From: Amphiscolops sp. MND2022
Lineage: Eukaryota
DNA length: 64,000 nucleotides
Reading direction: 5' to 3'
NCBI GenBank assembly: GCA_964187785.1
Contig: CAXLNC010000052.1
Location: 62,001-126,000, forward strand
Made by a program: the position numbers and the translations under genes. Positions 23,528 through 36,538 of this stretch are shown in pieces. Under the pieces are notes generated by a model. The model searched no databases and was not told the origin of the DNA. It saw nothing but the letters and a program-made list of their open reading frames with translations. Numbering within the stretch: position 1 is the first letter of the stretch; the number at the start of each line of letters is the position of its first letter.

Positions 23528-26500
23528 ATGTCAAAACGGTGGAAAACAGACCCCGAAAACAAACAGACCCCCAAAACACAAGTTCAGCAAACGAGCTTCA
23601 CCAGCAATCTCCCGAAAACATTTTCTTGCGATGGTGTGGTTCAACCTCAACATGGCTAATGTAAATTTAATCTTGCACGTTTTGTCGCTGCTCAAGGATA
23701 GCTACATGTGCATGTACATGCATATATACTATAAGTAAAGTCTCTATGTATATGAAGATACGTATATTACATATAGTATTTTTATACACATATCGCTTGA
23801 TTGGGATGTGTGTGTGTGGGGCGTCCAGAAATGCAGCCGCCCACTTCCCAAGACAGATGCATCCAAAAGGTAAGGTGCACAGTGTGTGAGGGCCAATTTC
23901 TCAGAACTTTGCCTCACATCCAAGAATGATTCTTTATAAAGGGAGGGGGGGGGTTATGGTTTTTTTTGCTCCAAGTGTCTTGAATTGTTTATAAGAAATC
24001 ACCCCAGAAACAAACACATTACAACTGCCAAGTACAATGCGTTTCTGTCCTTATTCTTGNNNNNNNNNNNNNNNNNNNNNNNNNNNNNNNNNNNNNNNNN
24101 NNNNNNNNNNNNNNNNNNNNNNNNNNNNNNNNNNNNNNNNNNNNNNNNNNNNNNNNNNNNNNNNNNNNNNNNNNNNNNNNNNNNNNNNNNNNNNNNNNNN
24201 NNNNNNNNNNCACCTTAGCAAAAGGAGGGGGGGGGGGTTAACAGTAGGGTCTCGGGCACAAAACCAAAACGGCGTGCCTGATCCCTACGGGTAGCCACCC
24301 CGCCCCCCCCCCGAGAGAATGAAAATGAAGATGAGGCGATGAATTGCACAAAAAGGAAAAAAGGAACAAAAAAGGAGACAAGGAGTAGAAAGGAGAAAAT
24401 AAAGAGAGAGGGCAACAAAAAAAGGAGGCCTAAAAAGAGATATAGAGAGAGAAGGAGAGAATGAACAGAAGGAAAAAAAGAGAAACAAAGGAACTTTTTC
24501 CTACAAATTAACGAAAAGTTAAACAACCAAACATTTTTCTCTGTAAGAGGTTTTTTCTTGATGCTCATGTTTTCAAATCGCGCGATTGGAGTTCTGAGGT
24601 TTTTTTTTTAATGTTTGCATGTGTTCTTTTCAGAACCATCTCGTCCGGTATCGTCTTCCCTCCGCGCAAGAGCGACTTGGTCAAGGCCCCCCCTTAAGAA
24701 CTCTTCTGCAATAAGAACCATGACCGGTTTTCTCCGCACTTTTGGACGAGCGATTTCATTTGAAAAACCATTTTTTATGAAATATTTCTCGAAAACGAGC
24801 TTTTCTTTGAAAAATCCTTTTTTTTAAATGCTAGTTTTTTGTTTTTAAACTTTTTTGGGGGGACACTATTTTTTAGTTTTCGATTTTTTGGTAACAAAAT
24901 ATTTGACATTTTTGAAATATTTAAACTAGTTTTGAACAATATTTGAGAAATATTTTTTGAAAACTAATGTTCTGAAAAAAACAGAATAACAGGTCATGTT
25001 TCTTAGTGTAGGAGGGTTCTTAAGGGCGACCTGCATCATATCGATCTATCATAATCATCCCATTTTTAAGATAAAGTTGGTGGCCCCCTCACTCCGATCA
25101 GGGGGAGGGGGACGAAAATCCCAGCCCTTCAACAGGGATGTCCGGAAATCGGGGGCGCAGGATGATGGAGGATGAGAGGGGGGGGGGTCTGGGGGAGGGG
25201 TCTAGGTAGCAGAGCCAGAGGGAAGAACCTCAGCCTGCTTACGCAGCCCAACGCTACCCCCCTCCTTCCAAGGGCCATGTTTACCATCCGCCCTCACATC
25301 GGAGGGGGGGGGCACACCTTGAGGGGAGGGGGGTAGGCGCGTGAAACAGGTACAATGTGGCAAATTGGCGTTCTAACCTGGAAACCGTGCACATTTTGGC
25401 CATTTTGAGGGGTTTCTTAGGTCTCTAGCTACAACCACTCGGAAACCCTGTTTATGCTATAAATTCCAATAGAAAACCACTTTCTGGAGGCATCAAGACA
25501 AGTAGAAAGAATGTGTCACTTTACGTCCAAACCCTTCGAAAGTCTCTCCTTATTTTTGTAGTGCCAAAACGCCGAGAATGACCGATTTTGGGCCAAAAAA
25601 GTGCACGGTTTCCCTGCCAGAACGCCAATTTGCCACATTGTACCTATTTCACGCATATACGGGGAGGGGGGTAGAGTTGCGGTAGCGGTAGGGAGCGGCA
25701 AGCTTGCCGCGTTCTCCGCCTACCTTTTTATGGTGGAGCCCGGCAAGCAATACAGGTGGGGTGGGGGTGCTATTGGGGGTTTTTGCCTGCCCCCGCCCCG
25801 CCTCTCAAGAGCGAGAAGGTGGGGGAGGGGACAGGGAAGATCGTCGTAAGGCTTCCTTCTACCCCCCCTTCCCCTGGTGCCGCCCCGAAGAAAAAGGCGC
25901 CAGGGGAAGGGCGGTGGAGGGGGGGGGGTAATCAGTTCCCAATACCAAACTCGCCCTTACCTCCCTGTTCCCATTTTTGGCACTGACCTAAGCCCTAAAC
26001 GGTCAGTGCCTGGACGGGAGTGGGCAGGAGTCCCCATATGACTGACAAAAATACGACTCCAAACAAACAAGCTTAGGACACTTGATTTCATATTTAATGA
26101 TCTGAGGCAAAAGGTCTTGCGATCAGCGGGGTGCAGATGCAGACTGAATACAAGAACATTAGAGAATACCCTTCTGTCCATTGATTTATGATTTGGGCAA
26201 ACCCTCCCAGCAATCAGCTTTCTGATGAAGACAAAATCACAAGAGTCAATGTGTCAGGGAATTGTTTTCAAAATATCAACTTTTCCACATGCCGAAACTC
26301 AGTGAAACCAACAAAGGTTTCTGAACTAAATTGAAACGCTCTGGCAAAAGATGCGGTATGGAACCTCCATCGGAATCGATCAATTGATCTTATTTTTTTA
26401 GTGGAAAGGCTCTGGCAAAAGATGCGGTATGGAACCTCCATCGGAATCGATCAATCGATCTCATTTTTTGTGGTCACCACTTGTATCTGTAACTCTCATT

Positions 26501-26620
26501 CTCCTTGTTCGTGGGCCTTAGTTTGGGAGTTGGAAAAACGAACGGTTCGAACCTGCATTTGTCGTTCCAAACAACTTGTCAGACACATGCTTGTTTGCAT
26601 ATATTGTTTGGAGACAGAAG
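23528..26620. mobile_element. Left arm of the foldback element carried in duplication copy 2
   Basis: Same terminus and same CAGTAT flank as 8298, so it was copied with the duplication rather than inserted independently. Confidence 0.85.
25337..25660. mobile_element. MITE with 36-bp TIRs, present only in duplication copy 2
   Basis: GCGTGAAACAGGTACAATGTGGCAAATTGGCGTTCT (25339) and its near-perfect inverse ending at 25654. Flanked by the direct repeat GGGGAGGGGGGTAG, which is single in copy 1 (~10117). Confidence 0.9.
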
Positions 26621-26820
26621 NNNNNNNNNNNNNNNNNNNNNNNNNNNNNNNNNNNNNNNNNNNNNNNNNNNNNNNNNNNNNNNNNNNNNNNNNNNNNNNN
26701 NNNNNNNNNNNNNNNNNNNNNNNNNNNNNNNNNNNNNNNNNNNNNNNNNNNNNNNNNNNNNNNNNNNNNNNNNNNNNNNNNNNNNNNNNNNNNNNNNNNN
26801 NNNNNNNNNNNNNNNNNNNN

Positions 26821-28940
26821 TTCATTGTAATGAATCTCTTTACAAAGCCTTGGTTTTAGAACTGCATGCCTTCGAACAGCATCACGGAGTGGAATCCCAT
26901 GAGATTGCTTTTAACAGATCTTATTGCAATGTCCTGATGGATTTTGAGCGAGACCATTGACGCAAATCTCGCAGAGACATTCCCGAATCTCGACGACTTG
27001 CTTCTAGGACACTGAGGTCAACCACATATATTCACCCTGACCATGAGTCATGTAATGTAATGCCTTATGTAACAAATAGATAGTCTATTCAATGTGCTCT
27101 GTACAGGGCTATATTGTGAGCTATGGCCACACGATGGTTGTCCGGTACATTGTAAATTTCTGCAACGATTTTTCCCTGCAAGGCAGTGTTTTCCCAACCA
27201 GAGTTTGTTCCAATCAAGTGGTTCAGTGTCTCCGCTGGGGCTTTTTCTGTGGCGTAAAGCGTGAATGGGATGGTCGTATTGAAACAACCATAGTTCTAAT
27301 TACTCCTAGGTTCAACGAGGAGAACACAAGGCTCTTTCAGGGCATCAGTTGCGGGTGATGTTGTGTGATTCCCATTGAAGTATTTTGGTCCCCAGGCAAG
27401 AGTGCATGTAGACGGAGATGTCTTCTCCTCATCTGTACTGGCACAGACACATGATGTTAAGGGACATCTGAGGACATACCCGGTTGTATATATGGGATTA
27501 TGCCGGTCAGTGTCCCAGCGATATCATCTTGTTGTGTTCAGGGAGGTCTTTGTAAGTGTTTTTGTATGTGCCTTGGATTCTCTCTAAGGTCTGCACAGGA
27601 ATCTGTTGTCAGTTGCAGAACATCAAATTGTCACAAAAAGTTTCGTCACAGCTTGCGTGCTTGTTCAATCAGTAGTTGACTTGGGCAAATGTTGTGGTTG
27701 AAGTCGCTTATGGGGAATTGAGCTCTGTTGATGCTGTGACTTGATGAGGTTGCCTTAGCCTATGAGGTGGTGACCAGACCAAATCATTCACAACTTTGAT
27801 TCTGTGAGTTTCCCTGATACATGATCCGCTTAAGTACGCGGCCCGAGGGTCGCTTGCAGAACTTAGGAAAACAATGACGTAGCATCTCCATGCTGAGTTG
27901 CCATCTAAAGGGAGGGAGGGGGAATAGTCTGAATAGAGAAAGAGACTGCCCTGCTGTGCAGAGCCAGCAAGATCCCGGACGATGAGGCAATGTTGACGAG
28001 GCGCTCATCCTGTGTGAAACTGGGAACATCCACAGGGCGGTTGTGGCCCTTGCAAGGACTATGCGTCACAGTGATCAGGTGCTGCAGGAGCAGAAAACTC
28101 GCGTATGGGACCCATATGAAAATACCCATCACACTTGCGAAAACATCTTCTGCCAAGCCGGCAAGAAGGGCTCGTGTCAGATGGACTCCTGCTTGGTGGA
28201 CGCAGCCTGGTTGCAATTGATGAATTTCTAGTACCCCTCAGATGAGCCAAGCACGCCCAGACGCATCTTGCGAGAAGCGCGGATGTAATTGAAGCAGATA
28301 TGGCTCTATTGGCAGACCTGCCCTCAGTAGCTGGAAGGGAAGCTGGAGGACTTCAAGCTGCAATGCTGCTGATGCTTGAATTGGTGACGATGGGCTAGAA
28401 TCACCAAATTCGAGTTCTCCCCCTTCCTCTTGCCTGACCGCTTGCTGAGCGAGTAGATGCAAGCCTGGTAGTGCATCTCACTGACATGCTTGGTCAAGAT
28501 AGACTGAGTGTGTCACAATGATGTCATGCATCTCCACCCGTCATTGGAGGGGCTGGGTTTCACCCAGCCCACAATCCACACCCTCTTCCAACGCTCTGCT
28601 GTTTTGGCGGCTCTTGCCTAAGAGGATAACCGATCCATGCTGGACTTCCCGAATGATTTCAATCGGAGGCTCGCCTAGGCCCTCTTGTACCGGCTGTGCA
28701 GTCCACATTTATCAGTGACCTCCTTGCAGCAGTTCCTCCAGGTTCAAGCGCAATGCTTTCTTCCTGTCTGCCAAAATCAGAAATGCAATCACTCAAGGCT
28801 CTACTGCCGCCAGGAGACAGTCGCATGTTCCGATTTTCTGCATCTACATTCTGCACATGCTGATGCAACCCGTTCTCGTCAACAACCGCTTGTTGGCCTT
28901 CCCTTGCGACGAGGCTCCACGATGGTACGTGGTTGATTGA
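26821..28940 (-). pseudogene. Decayed long intronless ORF of unknown family
   Basis: Manual translation gives protein-like text with scattered stops and few frameshifts, e.g. TLERIQGTYKNTYKDLPEHNKMISLGH*PA*SHIYNRVCPQMSLNIM and NTTIPFTLYATEKAPAETLNHLIGTNSGWENTALQGKIVAEIYNVP. No motif recognised. Confidence 0.4.
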
Positions 28941-29414
28941 TCAGTGATTGGGGCTCCCTTGCCCTGGGCCGGAGAGTTATGCATAAACCCAAACTGTTAG
29001 CATGGATCACCCTGTAGAGCTATTCTAGATGATCTGCATGCGCACGATCGAGACGCAAGGCTTCCGTGACAGCACCTCCCAGCTACACCCGTAGTCTTTG
29101 ATATGCCTGGCCTCATTGGGAGGTCTTGAGGCCATGCCTAGAATGGCAGAACGCATGCACCATCATCGCCCATGGCCGCTGCCTTGCGCGCCGAGCGCTC
29201 CAGCGAACCACTTGCATGCCGCTTGGCCGGGGCCGCCTGGTTCGCTATGCGGATGTGTGTGAGTGGGGGTTCCCTCCTAGTTGGCGGCGAACGCACAGGG
29301 CCCCTCCCCTCTTCCCGGCCCCTCCTCCCCCCTTCCTTGCTCAGCTTTGACCGTTTGCAGCCTGGAGATTGAGACGCTCTCATTGCTGTGCGAGAGAGCC
29401 ATACAGAGAGAGAC

Positions 29415-29417
<3 letters not shown>

Positions 29418-29445
<28 letters not shown>
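29418..29445. repeat. (GA)n microsatellite
   Basis: Directly visible. Confidence 0.95.
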
Positions 29446-29957
29446 CATGTCTCCCCTTAAGAACGCAGTGGTGAGACCCCTATGAGCGACATGATGATGC
29501 TCTGCACGCGCACAGTTGGGAGCATGAGAGGGTTTCTAATGGACGGGCCCAGAGCTCGAGGGGTCGGGTGAGAATTGTCAGAAAGGGGCCGGTGCGGGAT
29601 TAGCTTGATCCATATTGGGGCATGACCCTCGGTGCTCATTCAGAAGCAGTGGGCGAGCGGGCGAGTGCAATTGACCGACTTTCTTCGTGGGGTGACTAGC
29701 CTATCTTGGGGCATAAATTCATGACAGCTCACCATTGGGGACAGCTCGCATGGGTTCTGCAATGTAACAATTACATCATCAATCTCGTTTTAAAAGCTTG
29801 TGTGCAGTAGCACACCCAATAAACTTCCAAGTTGCACAGATCTACACATCTACATTGAGTTGTGTCTCTAATATATTTTGATATTGGTGCTAGTTAGGTG
29901 GGTAGTTCAGTGCGGTTTCAGTTCATGAAAGAAAGTTAATGACAGTATTGAACTCGG

Positions 29958-30082
29958 CAAGTTGTTTGACAATGTTTCATGTGCAAGTGATGTCTTGGAA
30001 GCTTCAGACATTGAAAATTGGGAAAGTTGTTTGACAACGTTTCATTTGCAAGTGATGTCTTGGAAGCTTCAGACATTGAAAT
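29958..30082. repeat. Two tandem ~65-bp direct repeats
   Basis: AAGTTGTTTGACAA..TTTCAT..GCAAGTGATGTCTTGGAAGCTTCAGACATTGAAA occurs twice. Confidence 0.9.
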
Positions 30083-32017
30083 GCAACAAGTTTGGCCATT
30101 GCTGTCACCGCCCTCTGCAAGCTTCGTATGCGTGTTGCAGGTGGTGTTTGGGTTGCTCTCCATGCCAGCCAGCGCACGCATGTGCTGCCATGCGTTTCGT
30201 ATGTCGTGGGCAGCTGCTCAGAGCAATGCCACGGGCAGCATCGATGAGAGCAGAGGCAGCAGCACCAAGAGCAGCAGTAGCCGCAGCAGCCAGAGTGGCA
30301 TCGGTAGTGACGATGAGGGCGCCATCCAGGAGCGGCAAGAACAGAATGCTCAGAGACCTCTAGCTTTGAAAAGAAGAGCAACTTCTAAGAAGTTTTCAGA
30401 TTACAGAGCAGTTCAGAACACTTCAGAGAAATCGTGTGGGTTCACCCGGATGTCTCACAACTTCCAAGTGGTCTCTGGGGTTCTTGGCAGTTCGGGAAGT
30501 TCTGGAAAGTCTGCTCACTTGATAACACAGCTCTTCTTAAGCAATCGGTGGTCGATGTCGCGAGAGGTGTGTTGTGGGACCCCGTTGTGCTTCCTGTTGG
30601 TCTATTTTGACCCTTGCGAACGTCTAAATTCGTCGGACATGGCGAGGCGACCGATCTAAGAACAGCAAAAAGCAATAGCGTGACAGTGATCGCTTGGCAA
30701 GAAAGTCTGGAACATAGAGCAGCCCTTTGGATGCGGACATGTATTCGTGTTGGATGGACATACAGGGAGTTGAAGTTGCCTAGAATCTAGATTCCATCGA
30801 ATCGAAAGCTCCCAAGAGAGTTGGGGATCTCAATTTCTCTCCTTCACAAGAATCTCACAATCGCATTCTTAGACCTTTTCGAGTTTCGCTAGCAAAGCTC
30901 ATGTCAACACCGACATTGGGAAGCTTCAGAGGTGGTGGTGATGATGATGATGGTCTGATCAATGATGGCACCCAGGCAGGTGGAGAGATTGGCAAGGCCA
31001 CTCTTATTAATTATTCCTTCAAACCAAATGAAAAGACATTCTGATTTGGCATTCGCGATGTCAAAGCACAGCGATTTGCGATTCACTCTGCGATTGTTTG
31101 GCGATCTTCCTGCGAACTTGCGACAACATTTCGATTTGCAATTTGAAAACACGAGGCTTCCTGTGATGTACCAAAATTCCAGCAGCAACTTTGTGCAAAT
31201 TGTGGCGCCATGGCGCCCAGTTTGCGCAATGCCCCCCCTCGCGAACGCCCCCTTCTTGAAATTTTTGAATGAAGAAGTCATGACCGCCATCACAACAATT
31301 GAGTGGTTCCGAGAGTGTCAGATTGTGGCTCTTGCTTGTGAGGACCTTTGTCTTGATGCAGCGCGCATCAGCATGGAGGAGCGAATTCAGGCACAGCAGA
31401 CGACTTAAGAATCAGAGAACCTCGAATCATTGTGCTTTCAGTATGATGTTGCCCTTGTCATCCTGGAGAATCCTGAATGCCCCCCAAAATAAAGTAGGTC
31501 AGAAGTAGGTCCGCAAGTACTTTTCGGAGAGTCACCTAAAGTAGGCCAAAAGTATGCAAATCCCTGTACTCTTGACCTACGTTTGACCCTCTAAGGGCCT
31601 TCCAGGGACTCCCCGAAACCCACTCTCATTGACTGTGGTTGGGTGGCCCACAGGTCTCTTGTTGGGAAGAGAGCATCATCCTCAATTGCGGTATCATCCT
31701 TGTTTCTCTGCGACCTCGAACGAACATCTCAGGATGGACGTCATGGAAGAGTCAGACATCATCATAGGGATGTTTCTTGGAGGTGGCGAGTGCTTTGTCT
31801 CAGAGGAAGCTACGCCCTTCAACGGATCAACGCTATCACAACTCAAACGATCGGAGAGGTGGGCACCAGTTTCATAGAGGCCACTGAACAAGAGTTTCTG
31901 GATTGAGCTAAGGATCTGTATCAGATCGCTCAGTAAAGGGAGCCTCCTCGTAGCTTTGATTTGAAGATTTGATTTCCCAAACAAATCTACCAAAAGAATT
32001 GTCAGGGTGCCCCTCTC

Positions 32018-32231
32018 TCAGGGGTTGCCAAAAGGGTGGTTTTCCAAAAGGGTGGTTTTGGCGGATGTTCCCCCGGAACGAAAACAGGAACGAGGGCACA
32101 TTCAGATATTCTTCCGGAACGAAAACTGGAATGACGGTACGTTCGCATGTTCCCCCGGAACGAAAAACCTGAACAAGGGTACGTTTGCCAAAACCACCCT
32201 TTTACGAAACCGCCCCTTTGTCTCCTCTCGA
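32018..32231. mobile_element. MITE, TC..GA termini, 5-bp TSD CTCTC
   Basis: CTCTC|TCAGGGG ... CTCTCGA|CTCTC; internal inverted AAAGGGTGGTTTTGGC/GCCAAAACCACCCTTT. Confidence 0.65.
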
Positions 32232-33069
32232 CTCTCGGGGGATACCAGCGAAGCCTTGGTCAAGAACTCGTGAGACAATGTGCCGTGGCGAGCCCCTTCG
32301 AAAATGTACTTTGAAACGCGCACTTCAATCTTTATCCATTGTCTCGTTATGACTTGGACTTCTTGACGGAGATCCCATAACAAGAAGGGTTTTAGGAGCT
32401 GGTTTGAGTTGAAGAAGCCATCCTGGACACACAAATGTGTGCTACGAAATTATTATAGACAGGTATGTATTCTGATGGCTATTGCCATTGGCGTTCTGCG
32501 GATTGCGCATCACAGAGTTTTTCTTGAGAATGTCTTAGTGAACTGATTTCACATAGCATCTCACATCACAACTTTCTTCTTGGGAATGTCTTAGTGAAAT
32601 GATGGCACATCGCATCTCACAGGAGCATTTCTTCAGAATTGTTACTCTCGTCCTCTTTTCACAAATTCTCTGTTGGGTCTCTTGTGTGTGCTCATGAGAG
32701 TGAGAGAGCTCAGTCATCTATCATAATTTACCCAGCAGTCTTTCCGCTCGAAGCGGGGAAAAGATTACACAGGTGCCACTGCAATATGCTCCTTTCATTC
32801 ACAGCAAACCTCAGGTGTGAATGATTTTGTGCGAAGTGCCATCTCCGTTTCAAGCCTCGTTTCACAGAGAATTCATTGGGAATTACTCGCGCAATCCAAA
32901 CGGTCCATGGTATTTTCCAATCACAGATGCACCTTCCTATCACAGAGACAGGTTCGTGGGTATTGTCCCTGGAGAAAACCCCCAGAGAATTTCGGAGAGC
33001 TCAGAGATGGCCTTGTCACTCCGAGAGCGCTTCTCCTGAAATTTGGGGTCACCCCCAAGCTTCCAAATA

Positions 33070-33336
33070 CTTAGTGTCCAACTATAGCGCGATTGGCAAT
33101 ACTATTTCGTGCGACGCCCCCTATAGCGCGATAGGCTTCAGAGGCAAGCGTTTTCTGCGATACCCCCCTTGTTAGGTCTGTCTTTGGATTGCGACAGGCC
33201 ATTTTGACGGAAAGAAGTGGGTGGGGGTGTAGCAGCGATAGTCTGCGATACCAAAGACAGGAAACACAGTGCGACAGGGTATTGCTACACCTGTCTCGCG
33301 ATAGGGGGGGGGGGGTATTTCGGTCGGGTCACTAAG
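33070..33336. mobile_element. hAT-like MITE (CTTAGTG..CACTAAG), 8-bp TSD
   Basis: TSD TCCAAATA/TCCAAACA (1 mismatch). Confidence 0.85.
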
Positions 33337-34786
33337 TCCAAACAGAGATCCTACGACAAGAAAAGCACTTGAAGAGTTGGTGAGAGTTGAACAAGTCATC
33401 TTGGCTACATAAATAGAAATTGGTACTCTCCTTCCCTTCTTAAACTTCAGAGGAGGGTGGAGCAACAGCAGCCAGGAAAACACTTGTTTTTCTTCTTCTT
33501 CCAGTGTTTTGCCTTCAATGTTCCAGCCTTCTCAGCTTTTCTATGGTCTATCTGGATGACGTGATTGCAAACCTCGTCTTCTCGCCAGTGGATGCGCAAG
33601 ATGAATCCATTGCTGTACCAATGTCAAGGAAGGCATTCTTCTTTAGCAAATGCTTAGGCCTAGTTTGTGTGAAACTTGTGCGAAGGAAAACCTGTCAGCA
33701 TCTTCGTATTCTTGCATCATGTTTCCCAGACCTTTGTGGACCATTTCCCAGCGACGTTTTTCGAGTCCCTTGGACAGTTGATTGGGTTCAACTCTTAATG
33801 TAAAGTGCTACGACACGTCAGAAAAGATCGCGACACTTTGCGACGATTTGCCCAGCAGCGCTTCGCTGAATTCAGAGACGGCAAGACGGCAAGAAACATA
33901 GAATTTGAGTCTTGGAGGGGGTTGGTGATTGGACAAGAGGGGAACATTGTGCGATGACGCTGTTTCTCATGGAGGAAATGCCATGACATTAGATTGGGGA
34001 ATCTTTTGCGAGTGTTGCTGCCTGAAGCTTTGTTGTCATCTCGCAGACTCCTGTGAATGTATCCACAGAGTGCGCAAAGATTATACGCAGTTGGCTTCGC
34101 TTTTCGCATCCCCCTCCTTTAGAGCCCATCTCTTCAGAATCTGGACTGCCTCGCACTCCCTACACTGCCTCGCACTCCCTACCCCCCCCTTCAAAATGCT
34201 TTCCGGCAAGAAATCTATATTTTTGGAATTCTTTTCGGGGGATCCGGCAAGAGCCCCCTCCTGCCCCCCGGCAAAAGGGGCTTCTACCAGAAGGTGGTCT
34301 TACCGAAATAAATATCAGTGGAATCATTCTCGGGTCTGTCGCAGGAATTTCTGGCAAGAGCCCCGGGGCACTTACCGAATAAAATTGTTATCGAATGATT
34401 GTGGTAACCAATTCCCGGGGGGATGTGTTGCTGCAATCTGTTTATGCAGTGAAGGTGTGCATATTCTTCATGCGCCATGGCAATTTGTCAAAGAAAGTGA
34501 TTGAAGAGGCAACGTCATGTTCTGCGCTAGCCAGTGTGAAAGCAAATTCTATGATTTCGGCAATCCAAATTGCGCAAATGCACCTCTCATGCTGTCTTCT
34601 ATCTTAGAATCAGACTTTGCATCAGAGAGTCTGGAGATGGCAGCTTCTGTTCTATAAACCCTTGGGAATGCGTTGAATTGCGGCCAAGGATGACCCAGCT
34701 GTCCTCCTCCAGTCCGAGGTCAGCAGCTACACTCAACTTGTTGATCAAAGTCGTCTTGCAGTGCTATATCACTAGATTATTGTCAC

Positions 34787-35016
34787 CTTAGTTGCACAGT
34801 GTAGCGCGACACCCGCAAGTGTAGCTGCTACACCCCCCGCTTGACGTGCGACACTCCTGGTAGTTCAAGGCGACAGGTGCGACAGGGCCTTTTAGGGGGG
34901 GTGTAGCGCGATACTGCTGCTACACCTGAGAAACCCCAGGCTTCTGAGGAAAATTCATCTGCTGCGACGCGTGTAGCGCGACACGTGTAGCGCGACAGGG
35001 GGTCCACGCGCACGTG
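34787..35016. mobile_element. One-ended member of the CTTAG MITE family between 21-bp direct repeats
   Basis: Starts CTTAGTTGCACAGTGTAGCGCGAC and resembles the reverse complement of 47419-47684. Flanked by TATCACTAGATTATTGTCACC at 34767 and 35017. Confidence 0.7.
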
Positions 35017-35613
35017 TATCACTAGATTATTGTCACCAGGCCTTGGAAGGATTTGTGGGCTCCCAACTTCTGTAGGGAGGGAACAACTTGGTAGCCGTGG
35101 CAGGGGGCCCCTTCCCTGCCAAAGGATGTGGACGTGAGGCTCGTTCGCGCTCTGCTGAACCGCGCATCTGCCCCTAGGCTACAATGTAGTGGAGCTTGCA
35201 GAGTTGGTTGAGTTTGAGCATCGCAGAGTCTTGTTCTGATGGAACATCCGTTGAAAGATGTGAGTTAGGTCCGCCTAAGACCTATACATTGGGCCCTTCT
35301 TAGAGGATCTGTGCAAACCCCCAACAACTAAAACCATAAGAGGAATGGGTGCAACCAAAAGGGGTTTCGTGCAATTAAAAGGGGCTCGGTTCCCCTTATA
35401 GGGCCATCGGTTCCCCTTGCAGGCTCTCAGCTCTGATGGCGCTCTTTCAATTGTCTAATTGTCGGTCACAGTCCCCAGGTTTTGCTTGCATAGGTCCACC
35501 GGTCGCCTCTAGGAATGTAGGTCTTGGCCGGACCCAAGATACAGAGCCATTGAATTTCAACCCAGACCCACCTGCCAGATGCTTCTCGAAAAACAAGATT
35601 TCGAGGCGTCACG

Positions 35614-35774
35614 CTTAGAGGCCCAGCAGCGATCATCGCGCGATATGAAACTAAGCACCATGGAGGGGGTATCGCACCATCTTGGGGGATTGCTAACCTC
35701 TCCAAAAATGTGTCGCGCGATATGGGGTATCACAGCAATAGTATCGCGATATCACGCAAATTTTGGCCACTAAG
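35614..35774. mobile_element. hAT-like MITE, 8-bp TSD
   Basis: CTTAGAGGCC..GGCCACTAAG; TSD GCGTCACG/GTGTCACG. Confidence 0.85.
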
Positions 35775-36538
35775 GTGTCACGTCTCACCAATGAGAACAC
35801 CCCCAGCATCAGGGAAAGAAGCAACACACAATCATGAACAAATTTTGGGGATTGTCCCGGGACCTTTTTATGTGTTTTTGGGGGCCGTCCCTTATGGGGG
35901 AGAGAAAAACACATAAACAAAATCCCCAGAGATTCCTCGTGTTGGAGATTATGGTAAAGCGGAAGGATTTAGGTAGTTCGGAGCAATCCCCCTGAATAAA
36001 CAATTTCTAAAAGAGAAGTTTTGGCTGCATAGCAACAAACCTAGAAAAATAACTTCCGCAAGTGAGCTACAGCTACATTTCTGTAGGAAAACCCCTGCGA
36101 CTACCATGTCCAGAGTTTGTCTGGGCGGGCGACCAACTCCAAATTAGAAACTTAACCAATGTTGGTCCAAACAAGTCACAAGTGGCTCGGGACGGTCAAC
36201 CCTCAAATAGGGGAGATTGAGTGCCAGTAAATGTTATTGCGATTCGAAGCTCTGATCATGATCATCATGGCGTGGTCTGAAGTATTTGCTTCAGAGCCTT
36301 GTCTTAACACGAGCAGGGGCTTCCCATCCAAATCGCCAAGCATTGAGTAGACAGGCAGGCTGAGGCAGCTGACCTTCAGCAGGGATTGCAGGCTCCACGT
36401 CTGGGCATCCCAGAGCTCAAACTGAGCACAGCCTGGAGCAAATCCACAGAAACACTTTCCAACAAGCCACTCAGGCCAAGGAGCTCCAACCAGAAGATGC
36501 GATGAAACCCTCATGAATGCCCTCAGAATTGTCAGGCA

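Larger units (their letters stand above)
19124..26620 (+). repeat. Segmental duplication, copy 2 (ends at a 200-N gap)
   Basis: Collinear with 3866-11132. It differs by a ~320-bp insertion, several small deletions and point changes. Confidence 0.95.

Noticed and set aside
31270-31800. Cyclic-nucleotide-binding or ion-channel exon call
   Set aside because: Only a vague resemblance; frame and splice pattern could not be established.
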